Shown one piece after another: positions 29,308-38,229 of a stretch of 64,000 bases of DNA. This DNA is from a virus. Its lineage: Duplodnaviria > Caudoviricetes. The notes beneath the pieces were generated by a model, which made no database searches, had not been told where the DNA came from, and saw nothing but the letters and a program-made list of their open reading frames with translations. Location of the stretch: positions 1-64,000 of the IMG/VR virus record IMGVR_UViG_2915066250_000005; one strand, 5' to 3'. The translations under genes were made by a program, and so were the position numbers. Each line of letters begins with the position of its first letter. The stretch's first letter is position 1.

Positions 29308-30355
29308 TATCTTTAATTATAACTCTCGCAATATTTCGTGCTAAAAGTGGTGGAACAGCGTTTCCTACTTGTCTCATTTGAGACGACTTAGTACCAATAA
29401 ATATAAATGTATCTGGAAACGATTGAATTCTTGCAGCTTCACGTACCGTTATTGATCTGTTTAAATAAGGATGTGTAAACTGACCCGAAGAAGGCGTATC
29501 AAATCTAGTAGTAATAGTAACTGATGGTTCATCTATCTTCATTCTAGACCAGGTTCCACTATATATGGATTTTGTTAGGTGCTCAGCTGGAAGAGAATCC
29601 TTGCCACCATTTGGCGGTATCATAGAAAGTCTTTCCAATACTAATTTTGAATGTTTAGTCGCTTTATGATTATATAAAATCTTGCTATCTTTCCTAAGTC
29701 TTTTTTGGTATCTAGTTTGAGGAGGTATTTCATACTCCATTTTTTCTTCTCCCTCTCCAGAATTCAAAAAATTCAAGTCACTAATTGCATCCCAAATACT
29801 TACTTTTTCTCTTGAACCTGTCGGTAACTTTGGAGGAATTCCTTTATATTTACCTAAAATTATTGCTCTTCGCCTATTTTGCGGAACTCCAAAATCATAA
29901 GCATTCAAAACACCATATTCAAGGAAATACCCTATTTTTGAAAATAACTCATTTATCTCTTCTATAAAAAGACCATTTTCAGACGTCAATATATTAGGCA
30001 CATTTTCCATTACAAAGTATTTTGGTTTAACAATTGAAACTACTTTTACAAAATATTGAAATAAATAATTTCTCTCATCATTTATCGTTTTTCTTTTTCC
30101 TTTTTGTGAAAATCCCTGACATGGAGGACCCCCAATTATTACATCAACAACATTTTTGTAAGGAATAAAATTTTGATAGATATCAAGTTTAGTAATATCC
30201 CCTATTATCATTTTTGTTGAAGGATGATTTTTAATGTATGACTCTGCAATCGACTTATCTATTTCATTTGCCAATACTATTTCAAATCCTGCATCCATAA
30301 ATCCTAAAGATAGACCCCCCGCACCAGCAAATAAATCTATAACTTTTGGAATCAT
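29285..30355 (-). CDS. C5-cytosine DNA methyltransferase
   Basis: LFAGAGG, GPPCQGFS, ENVP, PQNRRR, GNAVPP. Confidence 0.93.
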   Translation of the reverse strand: MIPKVIDLFAGAGGLSLGFMDAGFEIVLANEIDKSIAESYIKNHPSTKMIIGDITKLDIYQNFIPYKNVVDVIIGGPPCQGFSQKGKRKTINDERNYLFQYFVKVVSIVKPKYFVMENVPNILTSENGLFIEEINELFSKIGYFLEYGVLNAYDFGVPQNRRRAIILGKYKGIPPKLPTGSREKVSIWDAISDLNFLNSGEGEEKMEYEIPPQTRYQKRLRKDSKILYNHKATKHSKLVLERLSMIPPNGGKDSLPAEHLTKSIYSGTWSRMKIDEPSVTITTRFDTPSSGQFTHPYLNRSITVREAARIQSFPDTFIFIGTKSSQMRQVGNAVPPLLARNIARVIIKDIEERKND

Positions 30356-31080
30356 GCTTGTTTATCCTCATTAATTCTAGATTTTGCAATTTTAAAATAA
30401 CATTCATCTATCTCGATTCCAATAAAATTCCTATCTAACTTTTTTGCAGCAACTCCAGTAGTTCCACTTCCCATGAAGGGATCTAGAATAGTTTCACCAG
30501 GATTAGATAAAAGATCAATAAAATGACTCATTAAAATTTCAGGTTTTTGAGTCGGATGTTTGCCATATCTACGTTCTCCATTAGATGTTACAGACGTTTC
30601 AATAAAATCATGATACATAGCACCATCATTATTGAAAGTTCCTGTCCTTTTTTTATATACAAAATATAACCAAGCCTCAGTAGAATTAACAAACTGTATG
30701 TTCATGTTTCTAGGCATTGGGTTTGTCTTATGCCATATTCCCGTTGTCTTATAATAAAATCCATGCGTTTCAGCAATTTTTATAAGCGTTTCTACTTTCA
30801 ATATTGACATGAAAATAATCATTGAACCACCTGTTTTAATGACATTAGAAGATTTATCGAAAAATCTATTCATAGATTCTTCCCATTCTTTAAAATCCAT
30901 ATCATCCCAACCAGCGTCTCCAAAGAAATTTTTTCTCATTTTACCTAAATTTGTATCTCTATTTTTCATAAAGTTTCCAAGATTATACGGCGGATCAGTC
31001 AATATTAAATCAATACTGCCATTTTCTAATCGACTCATAACCTCAATACAGTCATCATTATATATGTTAATACTTATCAT
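30352..31080 (-). CDS. N6/N4 site-specific DNA methyltransferase
   Basis: DPPYN, HPTQKP, LDPFMGSGTT. Confidence 0.92.
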   Translation of the reverse strand: MISINIYNDDCIEVMSRLENGSIDLILTDPPYNLGNFMKNRDTNLGKMRKNFFGDAGWDDMDFKEWEESMNRFFDKSSNVIKTGGSMIIFMSILKVETLIKIAETHGFYYKTTGIWHKTNPMPRNMNIQFVNSTEAWLYFVYKKRTGTFNNDGAMYHDFIETSVTSNGERRYGKHPTQKPEILMSHFIDLLSNPGETILDPFMGSGTTGVAAKKLDRNFIGIEIDECYFKIAKSRINEDKQA

Positions 31081-31104
31081 TCTTTCTTACCTCAACATCA
31101 GATT

Positions 31105-31296
31105 TCATTCCGAGCTTTTCCCGCTTTTTACCCACTCGTCTAATTCTGTCTTTTTAAATTTCCATAACCTACCAACCTTATGAACAGGCATTGTAGATTT
31201 TCTTTTTATCCAACTTCTTAGTGTAACTGGTTTAATATCCAGAAATTCAGCAGCCTCTTTTAAACCTATATATCTTTCTTCTTTAAATTCATTCAT
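31105..31296 (-). CDS. Excisionase-like (HTH_17) DNA-binding protein
   Basis: YIGLKEAAEFLDIKPVTLRSWI...P.HKVGRLWKF. Confidence 0.82.
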   Translation of the reverse strand: MNEFKEERYIGLKEAAEFLDIKPVTLRSWIKRKSTMPVHKVGRLWKFKKTELDEWVKSGKSSE

Positions 31297-31448
31297 AAGC
31301 TACTCCTAATTATTTATTGGCACATTTTTATATATTATACCTCATTTCACCATTTTTTTCAATATAAAATGATATTAATTTATATTTATTAATATTTATT
31401 GTCATCTATTAGAGAAACTTTTTTACACACACCTAACAAACACCCTCT

Positions 31449-31478
31449 TTTTGTCTTAGGGCTAGTAGGAGGGATTAA
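31449..31478 (+). promoter_or_regulatory. Element-1 motif copy B (upstream of the recombinase operon)
   Basis: TTTTGTCTTAGGGCTAGT-AGGA-GGGATTAA directly before the ATG at 31480. Confidence 0.6.
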
Positions 31479-31479
31479 C

Positions 31480-31833
31480 ATGATAGAGAAACTAAGACAA
31501 GAGGGATACAGCTATAAGGAAATAGCTGACACACTTAAAATATCTATAAATACGGTTAAAAGTTACTGCAGACGTAATGGACTTACAGGGGTTGGTGTAA
31601 AGAAGAAACATATCTGTTTAAACTGCGGATGTGAGATTGATGAAAGGAAAAAGTTCTGCTCATCAAAGTGTAGACAAGATTGGTGGAACAATAACTTAGA
31701 CAAGGTAAATCGTAAGGCATATTACTCTTTTACTTGCTCTTACTGCCATAAACCTTTTAATGCTTATGGAAATAAAAATAGGAAGTACTGCTCTCATGAG
31801 TGCTACATCAAGGATAGGTTTGGCCATGAATAA
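31480..31833 (+). CDS. HTH plus zinc-finger protein of the recombinase module
   Basis: LRQEGYSYKEIADTLKISINTVKSYCRR followed by two CxxC...CSxxC clusters; paralogue at 40199-40600. Confidence 0.8.
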   Translation: MIEKLRQEGYSYKEIADTLKISINTVKSYCRRNGLTGVGVKKKHICLNCGCEIDERKKFCSSKCRQDWWNNNLDKVNRKAYYSFTCSYCHKPFNAYGNKNRKYCSHECYIKDRFGHE

Positions 31834-31981
31834 TGAGTTTAAGTTTTATATTTCCTACCTCATCTTCAAAAAATTAAGGGATGAAAATGTCATCACTCAA
31901 AGAGAATTTAAGGATCTGACTCAAAAACTTTCTAAGAAATATAATGCGGATATTCTTAGCTTTATGCTTGATATCGCTTGA
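31826..31981 (+). CDS. SHOCT-like small protein
   Basis: 51 aa from the ATG at 31826, KLRDENVITQREF; paralogue at 40030-40215. Confidence 0.65.
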   Translation: MNNEFKFYISYLIFKKLRDENVITQREFKDLTQKLSKKYNADILSFMLDIA

Positions 31982-32027
31982 CTTTGAGGCTCTATATATT
32001 GATATATAGTACTGATAAGGAGGAAGT

Positions 32028-33761
32028 TTGATGAAAAGGATACAAAAGATTGAAGCGAAACTTCCCACTCTTAAAAAACGAAAAAGAGTGGCGGCTTATG
32101 CAAGAGTTTCTGTAGCGAAAGGAAGAACCTTAAATTCTCTATCACAGCAGGTAAGCTATTACAACGAACTTATAACGGCCAACAAGGATTGGGAATTTGC
32201 AGGTGTCTATTCGGATTTAGGAACAAGCGGAGCAACTGCAAATAGAGAGCAATTTCAAGAGATGTTAAAGGCCTGTGAAGATGGAAAAATTGACCTTATC
32301 CTTACAAAATCCATATCTAGGTTTGCAAGAAATACTGTAGATCTTCTTGAGATAGTAAGGCACTTAAAGTTAATAGGAGTTGAGGTGCATTTCGAGAAAG
32401 AAAATATAAAGACCTTCTCGGGTGACGGAGAGCTTATGCTTTCCATTCTTGCATCCTTTGCACAGGAAGAGGCAAGATCCATCTCCAACAATGTTAAATG
32501 GGGAATCAGAAAAAACTTTGAAAAAGGTAAGGGTAACTCCTTTGTACTCTATGGCTACAGATGGGATGGAGAGAAGTTTAATTTGGTAGAAGAAGAGGCT
32601 GAGGTTATAAGATACTGCTTTCAAAACTTCTTGGACGGTAAATCAGCTGAAACGACTGCTAGAGAATTACAAGAAAAGAATATAAAAGGTCTTACGGGAA
32701 ATCCCTTCAGTCCCTCAAGCATAAGAGCAATCTTAAGACAGGAAAAGTACACAGGCAACTCCAAACTGCAAAAGACTTATACCGACTTTATAACTAAAAG
32801 AGAAATTAAAAATCAAGGTGAACTGCCTATGTACTGGACGGAAAACACGCATCCTAAAATAATAGAGCTTGATGTTTTTAATAAGGTACAAGAAGAAATG
32901 GCAAGAAGAAGAGAACTTGGAGCACTCGCCAATAGAGCAATTAATACAACTTGTCTTACAAGTAAAATCCACTGTTCTTGTGGTAGGAACTACCAAAGAA
33001 ATCAGAGAAATCAAGCCGGAAGAAAGTATGCCGTTTGGATGTGTGCCGGGCAAAAAGAAGCAAGAAGAAATGGCTGCATCAATCCTTCAATCCCGGAGTA
33101 CATTTTAAAAAATAAATGTGCGGAGGTTCTCGGCATTCATGAATTTGATGAAGAGGTATTTACAGAAAGAATTTCCGATATCAATGTATTAAAACCGGGA
33201 CTTTTGGAATTTATCTTTAAAGACGGTCACAAAGAAAAAGTGGAGTGGAAATCCACTGCCAAAAAAGATAGGTGGACAGATGAAGTAAGACTTAACTATT
33301 CAAAGAAAAGGTCAGATCCTAATCTAAATCGAAAGATAAGCCGTTATAACGAATTTACAAGTTTTGTAAAATGCGAGAAATGTGGCAAAAGCTACAGAAG
33401 ACAAAAGCTGTACCATGTAAATGGAGACATAGTCATCTGCTACTACTGCTCGAGCAAGAAAAGCATCTGTGAAAACTCTCCTGTAAATTTGAGTGTTTTA
33501 GAAGAACTTACAGCTAAGGAACTTGGACTTAAAGCCTTTGATAAAGACATAATGATAGAGAAATTAAGTCATATAAGTATCAATGATTATACTTTGACTT
33601 TTCACTACAAAGACGGCAAAAAGGCGACTTATAAATATGAAAATCCAATAAGTCCAAAGCCTAAACACTCGGAAGAAACAAAAAAGAAAATGAGCAAAAT
33701 TCAAAAAGAACTATGGAGGCAAAGACATGAAAAAGAAAGTAACTCAGATACCGGCAACTAA
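32028..33761 (+). CDS. Large serine recombinase 1A
   Basis: YARVS, TKSISRFARN, recombinase domain, zinc ribbons. Confidence 0.93.
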   Translation: MMKRIQKIEAKLPTLKKRKRVAAYARVSVAKGRTLNSLSQQVSYYNELITANKDWEFAGVYSDLGTSGATANREQFQEMLKACEDGKIDLILTKSISRFARNTVDLLEIVRHLKLIGVEVHFEKENIKTFSGDGELMLSILASFAQEEARSISNNVKWGIRKNFEKGKGNSFVLYGYRWDGEKFNLVEEEAEVIRYCFQNFLDGKSAETTARELQEKNIKGLTGNPFSPSSIRAILRQEKYTGNSKLQKTYTDFITKREIKNQGELPMYWTENTHPKIIELDVFNKVQEEMARRRELGALANRAINTTCLTSKIHCSCGRNYQRNQRNQAGRKYAVWMCAGQKEARRNGCINPSIPEYILKNKCAEVLGIHEFDEEVFTERISDINVLKPGLLEFIFKDGHKEKVEWKSTAKKDRWTDEVRLNYSKKRSDPNLNRKISRYNEFTSFVKCEKCGKSYRRQKLYHVNGDIVICYYCSSKKSICENSPVNLSVLEELTAKELGLKAFDKDIMIEKLSHISINDYTLTFHYKDGKKATYKYENPISPKPKHSEETKKKMSKIQKELWRQRHEKESNSDTGN

Positions 33762-35274
33762 GACAAAATATTCATCCAAATCGACTGTTCAGGTTACTAA
33801 AAGAAGAGTTGCGGGATATGCCAGAGTATCTACCGATTCAGATGAGCAATTTACTTCCTACGAGGCACAGGTGGATTACTACACCAACTATATTAAGCAA
33901 AGAGCCGACTGGGAGTTTGTAAGTATCTATACAGATGAAGGAATCTCAGGAACAAATACGAAATATAGGGAAGGCTTTAACCATATGGTTGAAGATGCAC
34001 TGAATAAAAAAATAGACCTCATCATCACCAAGTCGGTGTCAAGATTTGCAAGAAACACGGTGGATAGTTTAACAACCGTAAGAAATTTAAAAGACGCAGG
34101 TGTTGAGGTCTATTTTGAGAAAGAAAACATCTGGACTTTCGATTCCAAAGGGGAATTATTAATTACTATTATGTCCTCACTCGCACAGGAAGAGTCAAGA
34201 TCTATTTCAGAAAATGTAACCTGGGGACAGAGGAAGAGATTTGCTGACGGCAAAGTTACCGTTCCATTTGCCAACTTCCTAGGCTACGATAAAGGACCGG
34301 ACGGAAACTTGGTAGTCAATAAAGAAGAGGCAAAATTGGTAAAGAGGATATACCATCTTTTCATAGAAGGTTACAGCCCTTACAGGATAGCAAAGATATT
34401 AACCGAAGAAGGCATTCCTACCATTCAAGGGAAGAAAAAGTGGAGCACGAGTAGTATTAGGTCGATACTCACAAATGAAAAATATAAAGGTGATGCCCTT
34501 CTTCAAAAGTCTTTCACAGTAAATTTTCTGACCAAAGAGAAAAAAATAAATGAAGGGGAGATACCTCAATACTATGTAGAAAAGAACCATGAGGCAATTA
34601 TAAAGCCTAAAATTTGGGATTTTGTACAGGATATGCTTGAAAACAGACCTAAGTACAATCACCATATCTTTTCTTCCAAAATTCTATGTGGCTCTTGTGG
34701 TACATACTATGGACCAAAGACCTGGCATTCTAATACTAAATATAGACGCACCATCTGGAGATGCAACAAGAAATATACGAAAAAAGAAGAACCTTGTAAA
34801 ACTCCTCATCTATATGAAGAAAATATTAAAAAAGCTTTTATAGACTCTGTAAATGAGCTAATAGCAAATAAAGAGCATATTTTAGAAGATTTAAAAATGG
34901 TAGAAGATATTTTTGATACCTCCCAACTTCAAGTTTCTCTTGAGTTATCCATCGATAAAATGAATGCCTGTAAAGCAAAGATTGAGAAACTAATAGAAGA
35001 CAATTCCAAGACCAGTCAAGACCAAATAGAATATGCTAAAAAATATGAAAAGTTGGTAAATGCTTTTAATGATGAAAAAGAAAACTACGAAAGATTGGCA
35101 AAAGAAATTAGTGAAAAAGAATCAAGAAAACTGAAATACGACTTCTTCATAGAAAAGCTGAATCTCTTAGAACCTCTTGAAGAATTTGACCCCTTGCTTT
35201 GGAACTTGATGCTTGAAAAAATGGTGGTGCATGAAGATGGAAGTTTTGAATTTAAATATGCAAATGGAATATAA
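33727..35274 (+). CDS. Large serine recombinase 1B
   Basis: YARVSTDSDEQ, TKSVSRFARN, zinc ribbon CGSCG, coiled coil. Confidence 0.93.
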   Translation: MKKKVTQIPATKTKYSSKSTVQVTKRRVAGYARVSTDSDEQFTSYEAQVDYYTNYIKQRADWEFVSIYTDEGISGTNTKYREGFNHMVEDALNKKIDLIITKSVSRFARNTVDSLTTVRNLKDAGVEVYFEKENIWTFDSKGELLITIMSSLAQEESRSISENVTWGQRKRFADGKVTVPFANFLGYDKGPDGNLVVNKEEAKLVKRIYHLFIEGYSPYRIAKILTEEGIPTIQGKKKWSTSSIRSILTNEKYKGDALLQKSFTVNFLTKEKKINEGEIPQYYVEKNHEAIIKPKIWDFVQDMLENRPKYNHHIFSSKILCGSCGTYYGPKTWHSNTKYRRTIWRCNKKYTKKEEPCKTPHLYEENIKKAFIDSVNELIANKEHILEDLKMVEDIFDTSQLQVSLELSIDKMNACKAKIEKLIEDNSKTSQDQIEYAKKYEKLVNAFNDEKENYERLAKEISEKESRKLKYDFFIEKLNLLEPLEEFDPLLWNLMLEKMVVHEDGSFEFKYANGI

Positions 35275-35280
35275 CACTTA

Positions 35281-35318
35281 GAGCCTTGTTGGAATCGTCA
35301 ATCCAGCAAGGCTCTTTC
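35281..35318 (+). terminator. Terminator after recombinase 1B
   Basis: GAGCCTTGTTGGA/TCCAGCAAGGCTC stem. Confidence 0.7.
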
Positions 35319-35502
35319 ATTTAATCAATATGCACACCCTTATTATTTATCCGTTAAAAGGTTTAGGAATTTTTATATCAAGGTGGTGTGCAAAAAACTG
35401 AATTCAGAAAAAATGGCAATAAAAAAAGACCCGATTTTCAGGTCAAATGATTGAGCTACTTAACAGAAAGGCTTGAAACAGCCGTATTTTCAACTGTTAA
35501 AA

Positions 35503-35552
35503 TGTATCCTATCGTTGGACTACATTTCTAGTTTCTTACTGTCTTTGATACA
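35503..35552. other. Candidate att junction between the two elements
   Basis: 50-bp segment bounded by TGTATC/GATACA inverted ends, in the non-coding gap between the convergent recombinase modules. Confidence 0.35.
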
Positions 35553-35570
35553 ATTAAACTTTTCCTTTTA

Positions 35571-35602
35571 ACTCTGAAACTATGGCTCTGTACTCTGAAA
35601 CT
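35571..35602. repeat. 11-bp direct repeat ACTCTGAAACT, two copies
   Basis: 35571-35581 and 35592-35602, 21 bp apart, next to the candidate att. Confidence 0.6.
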
Positions 35603-35660
35603 TTTTATATTGGGGCATAGAAAAAACACCTACTAAATACAAGTAAGTGCCTACCTATGA

Positions 35661-36512
35661 TTATTGATATTTATTATTTAGATACTGTTCATTTGCCTTT
35701 AGCAACTTCTTATAGTAATTATCATAAGACTTGCTAAATTTTCTAATAAGTGGAATTGCTATTTCATAATATTGATTTTCCTTCATAAAGTTTTTAAGCT
35801 TTTCCTGGATCTGTTTCATCAAGCTATTTTGATACTCTTCACTAATTTTATAGCTTTCATACGAAGAAATTGCATCTTCATTATCTTTCATCCACTTTTC
35901 TGGATTATTGACAGCATCGAGTTTAGCTTGATTTATATCCTTTAAGGTTTCCATATCAAAGTGTGAGCTAAGCTTCTCAATATATTTTTTCTCTTCTTCA
36001 CTTAATTCAAACGAAGGGAGCCTATCAAGATAATCTATATATTTGTAAAAAGAATTCTTACCATCATTTTCTAATGGCTCATTCAAAAATGGTTGATAAG
36101 CAGCAAATAACATTTGTCCAAAATACCCTGGAAAAGCAATTTCTAGTTTTTCATAGATAGTTTCTTCCGCCTCAAGTAATGAAATTTTATCATTAATAAG
36201 TTGATTACTTTCACCTTTAACAACCATTTCTAGTATTGCTTTTCTTTTCTCATCAACCTCCAATTGATGCTCCTTTTTTCTTAAAACAGAAGACAGTGTA
36301 TCCCCACCTGATGATATACACTGATTAATCTCTGAAATGCTCATTCCCAACTTTCTAAATATAGATACCTTTTTCAAAATTTCTAAATCCTTGGTACTAT
36401 AGTCTCTATAACCATTCTCAGATTTCTGAGGATGGATAAGTCCTTTATCCTCGTAATATTCTATTGCCTTCCTAGTTAGACCCGTTTCTTTTTGAATTTC
36501 ACTTCTTAGCAT
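35661..36512 (-). CDS. MerR-family transcriptional regulator
   Basis: TGLTRKAIEYYEDKGLI.P...NGYRDYS. Confidence 0.88.
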   Translation of the reverse strand: MLRSEIQKETGLTRKAIEYYEDKGLIHPQKSENGYRDYSTKDLEILKKVSIFRKLGMSISEINQCISSGGDTLSSVLRKKEHQLEVDEKRKAILEMVVKGESNQLINDKISLLEAEETIYEKLEIAFPGYFGQMLFAAYQPFLNEPLENDGKNSFYKYIDYLDRLPSFELSEEEKKYIEKLSSHFDMETLKDINQAKLDAVNNPEKWMKDNEDAISSYESYKISEEYQNSLMKQIQEKLKNFMKENQYYEIAIPLIRKFSKSYDNYYKKLLKANEQYLNNKYQ

Positions 36513-36535
36513 GGTTATCTACCTCCTTTGATTAA

Positions 36536-36566
36536 AGGATAACACGGTCCCCAACGGACAGGTCAA
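36536..36566 (-). promoter_or_regulatory. MerR-type promoter with 19-bp spacer
   Basis: TTGACC-19 bp containing the GTCC-N5-GGAC dyad-TATCCT. Confidence 0.7.
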
Positions 36567-36651
36567 GCCCTATATATTATATAAATTTCCCACTAGCCTA
36601 TAAAGCAAAACAGACACCTCACCAATTTTAGTGAAGTGCCTTTCTTCTTTT

Positions 36652-38229
36652 TTATCTATTTAATTCTACCTGGCTGCCATCAAGAAAAATAAATTCAATT
36701 CTTCCATCATGATACACTGTAAGGAAATCTACCATGCTAAGCCATACATTTTTATCAAACTCTGTCATAAGTTCTTGCTTTTCAAGTTCATGTATAAAGT
36801 CCTCTACCTCATCACGCTTGGATTGTTTTTCTATGATGGTCTGCTTGATTTCATCCAGCCTAGTCTTTGTAGTATTAAATCTATTTACTAGGCTTGTGTA
36901 TCTTACTTCATACTCATCTTGATTTTGAACTTTTCTAGCATTCTCGTTTATACAGTCATTTACCTGTTCAGCTACAATGTTAAGTTTTTCTTCAAGCTCT
37001 ATCTTTTCTTTCTCAAGCACTGAAGTATCAAAGATTATCTTTGCCATTTCTTTATGGTTGCTGATAATTTCCTTCTTGTTCTTGACCAGCTTATTAACTG
37101 CCTGTAAAAATAAGTTTTTGATTTCTTCTTCAGTTAAATGTGGAGTGCTACATTTCTCTTCAAACTTATGATTACACTGCCAAATCTTCTGACGATATTT
37201 GCTGGTTGAATGCCATGTTTTTGACCCGTACCAAGACCCACAATCTCCACATTTAATCTTACTTGAGTATATGCTAACGCTTGAAATTCGGTTCTTTCCA
37301 GCTTTTCTTTGCTCTAGTAACCTTTGTACTCTATCAAATGTACTTGGTGGAATAATTGCCTCATGATTTCCAGTTACATAGTATTGAGGAATCTCCCCTT
37401 CATTCTTTTTCTTTTCCTTAGTTAGAAAGTCCACTGTGAATGACTTTTGAAGTAGCGCATCCCCTTTGTATTTCTCATTTCTTAAAATCGCATTAACTGT
37501 TCCTGCTGACCATTTCTTTTTTCCACCGGGTGTTAATATTCCTTCTTCCGTCAGTTCTTTAGCAATTCCAAATGGTGAATATCCTTGAAGGAAAAGTCTA
37601 TAAATCTTTTTTACAACTTTTGCTTGCTCAGGATTAACAACTAAGTTGCCATCTTCTCCCCTGTCATAACCTAGAAATCTTTCAAAAGGTACGGTTACCT
37701 TACCATCAGCAAATCTCTTTCTTTGGCCCCATGTGCAGTTTTCTGAAATGGATCTTGATTCTTCTTGAGCAAGGCTGGACATGATTGTAATAAGCAGTTC
37801 TCCCTTGCTATCAAAAGTCCAGATGTTTTCTTTTTCAAAGAATACTTCTGTGCCATGTTCCTTTAGCTTTCTGATGGTAGATAAGCTATCGACCGTATTC
37901 CTTGCAAAACGGCTGACTGACTTAGTAACAATAAGGTCTATCTTTCCATCAAGGGCATCTTTTACCATTCGTTTAAAACCATCACGCTTTTTGGTGTTGG
38001 TAGCTGATATTCCTTCGTCTGTATAAACTTGTACGAACTCCCAATCCTCTCTACTTTTGATATAGTTTGTATAGTAGTCAACCTGTGCCTCATAGGAAGT
38101 TTGCTGTTCTTCGCTATCAGTTGATACTCTGGCATATCCTGCAACTCTTCTTTTTTTCACTTCATTAATTGGAGTCAGATTAAATTTACTAATGGTTGCA
38201 GGTATTGTTGTTACTTTCTTATTGACCAT
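36652..38229 (-). CDS. Large serine recombinase 2B
   Basis: YARVSTDSEEQ; close paralogue of 33727-35274. Confidence 0.93.
   Translation of the reverse strand: MVNKKVTTIPATISKFNLTPINEVKKRRVAGYARVSTDSEEQQTSYEAQVDYYTNYIKSREDWEFVQVYTDEGISATNTKKRDGFKRMVKDALDGKIDLIVTKSVSRFARNTVDSLSTIRKLKEHGTEVFFEKENIWTFDSKGELLITIMSSLAQEESRSISENCTWGQRKRFADGKVTVPFERFLGYDRGEDGNLVVNPEQAKVVKKIYRLFLQGYSPFGIAKELTEEGILTPGGKKKWSAGTVNAILRNEKYKGDALLQKSFTVDFLTKEKKKNEGEIPQYYVTGNHEAIIPPSTFDRVQRLLEQRKAGKNRISSVSIYSSKIKCGDCGSWYGSKTWHSTSKYRQKIWQCNHKFEEKCSTPHLTEEEIKNLFLQAVNKLVKNKKEIISNHKEMAKIIFDTSVLEKEKIELEEKLNIVAEQVNDCINENARKVQNQDEYEVRYTSLVNRFNTTKTRLDEIKQTIIEKQSKRDEVEDFIHELEKQELMTEFDKNVWLSMVDFLTVYHDGRIEFIFLDGSQVELNR

Noticed and set aside
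35330-35560. Host target gene remnant (e.g. RNA methyltransferase 3' end) at the junction
   Set aside because: No recognisable host coding fragment or tRNA was found here, so the integration target cannot be named from this window.
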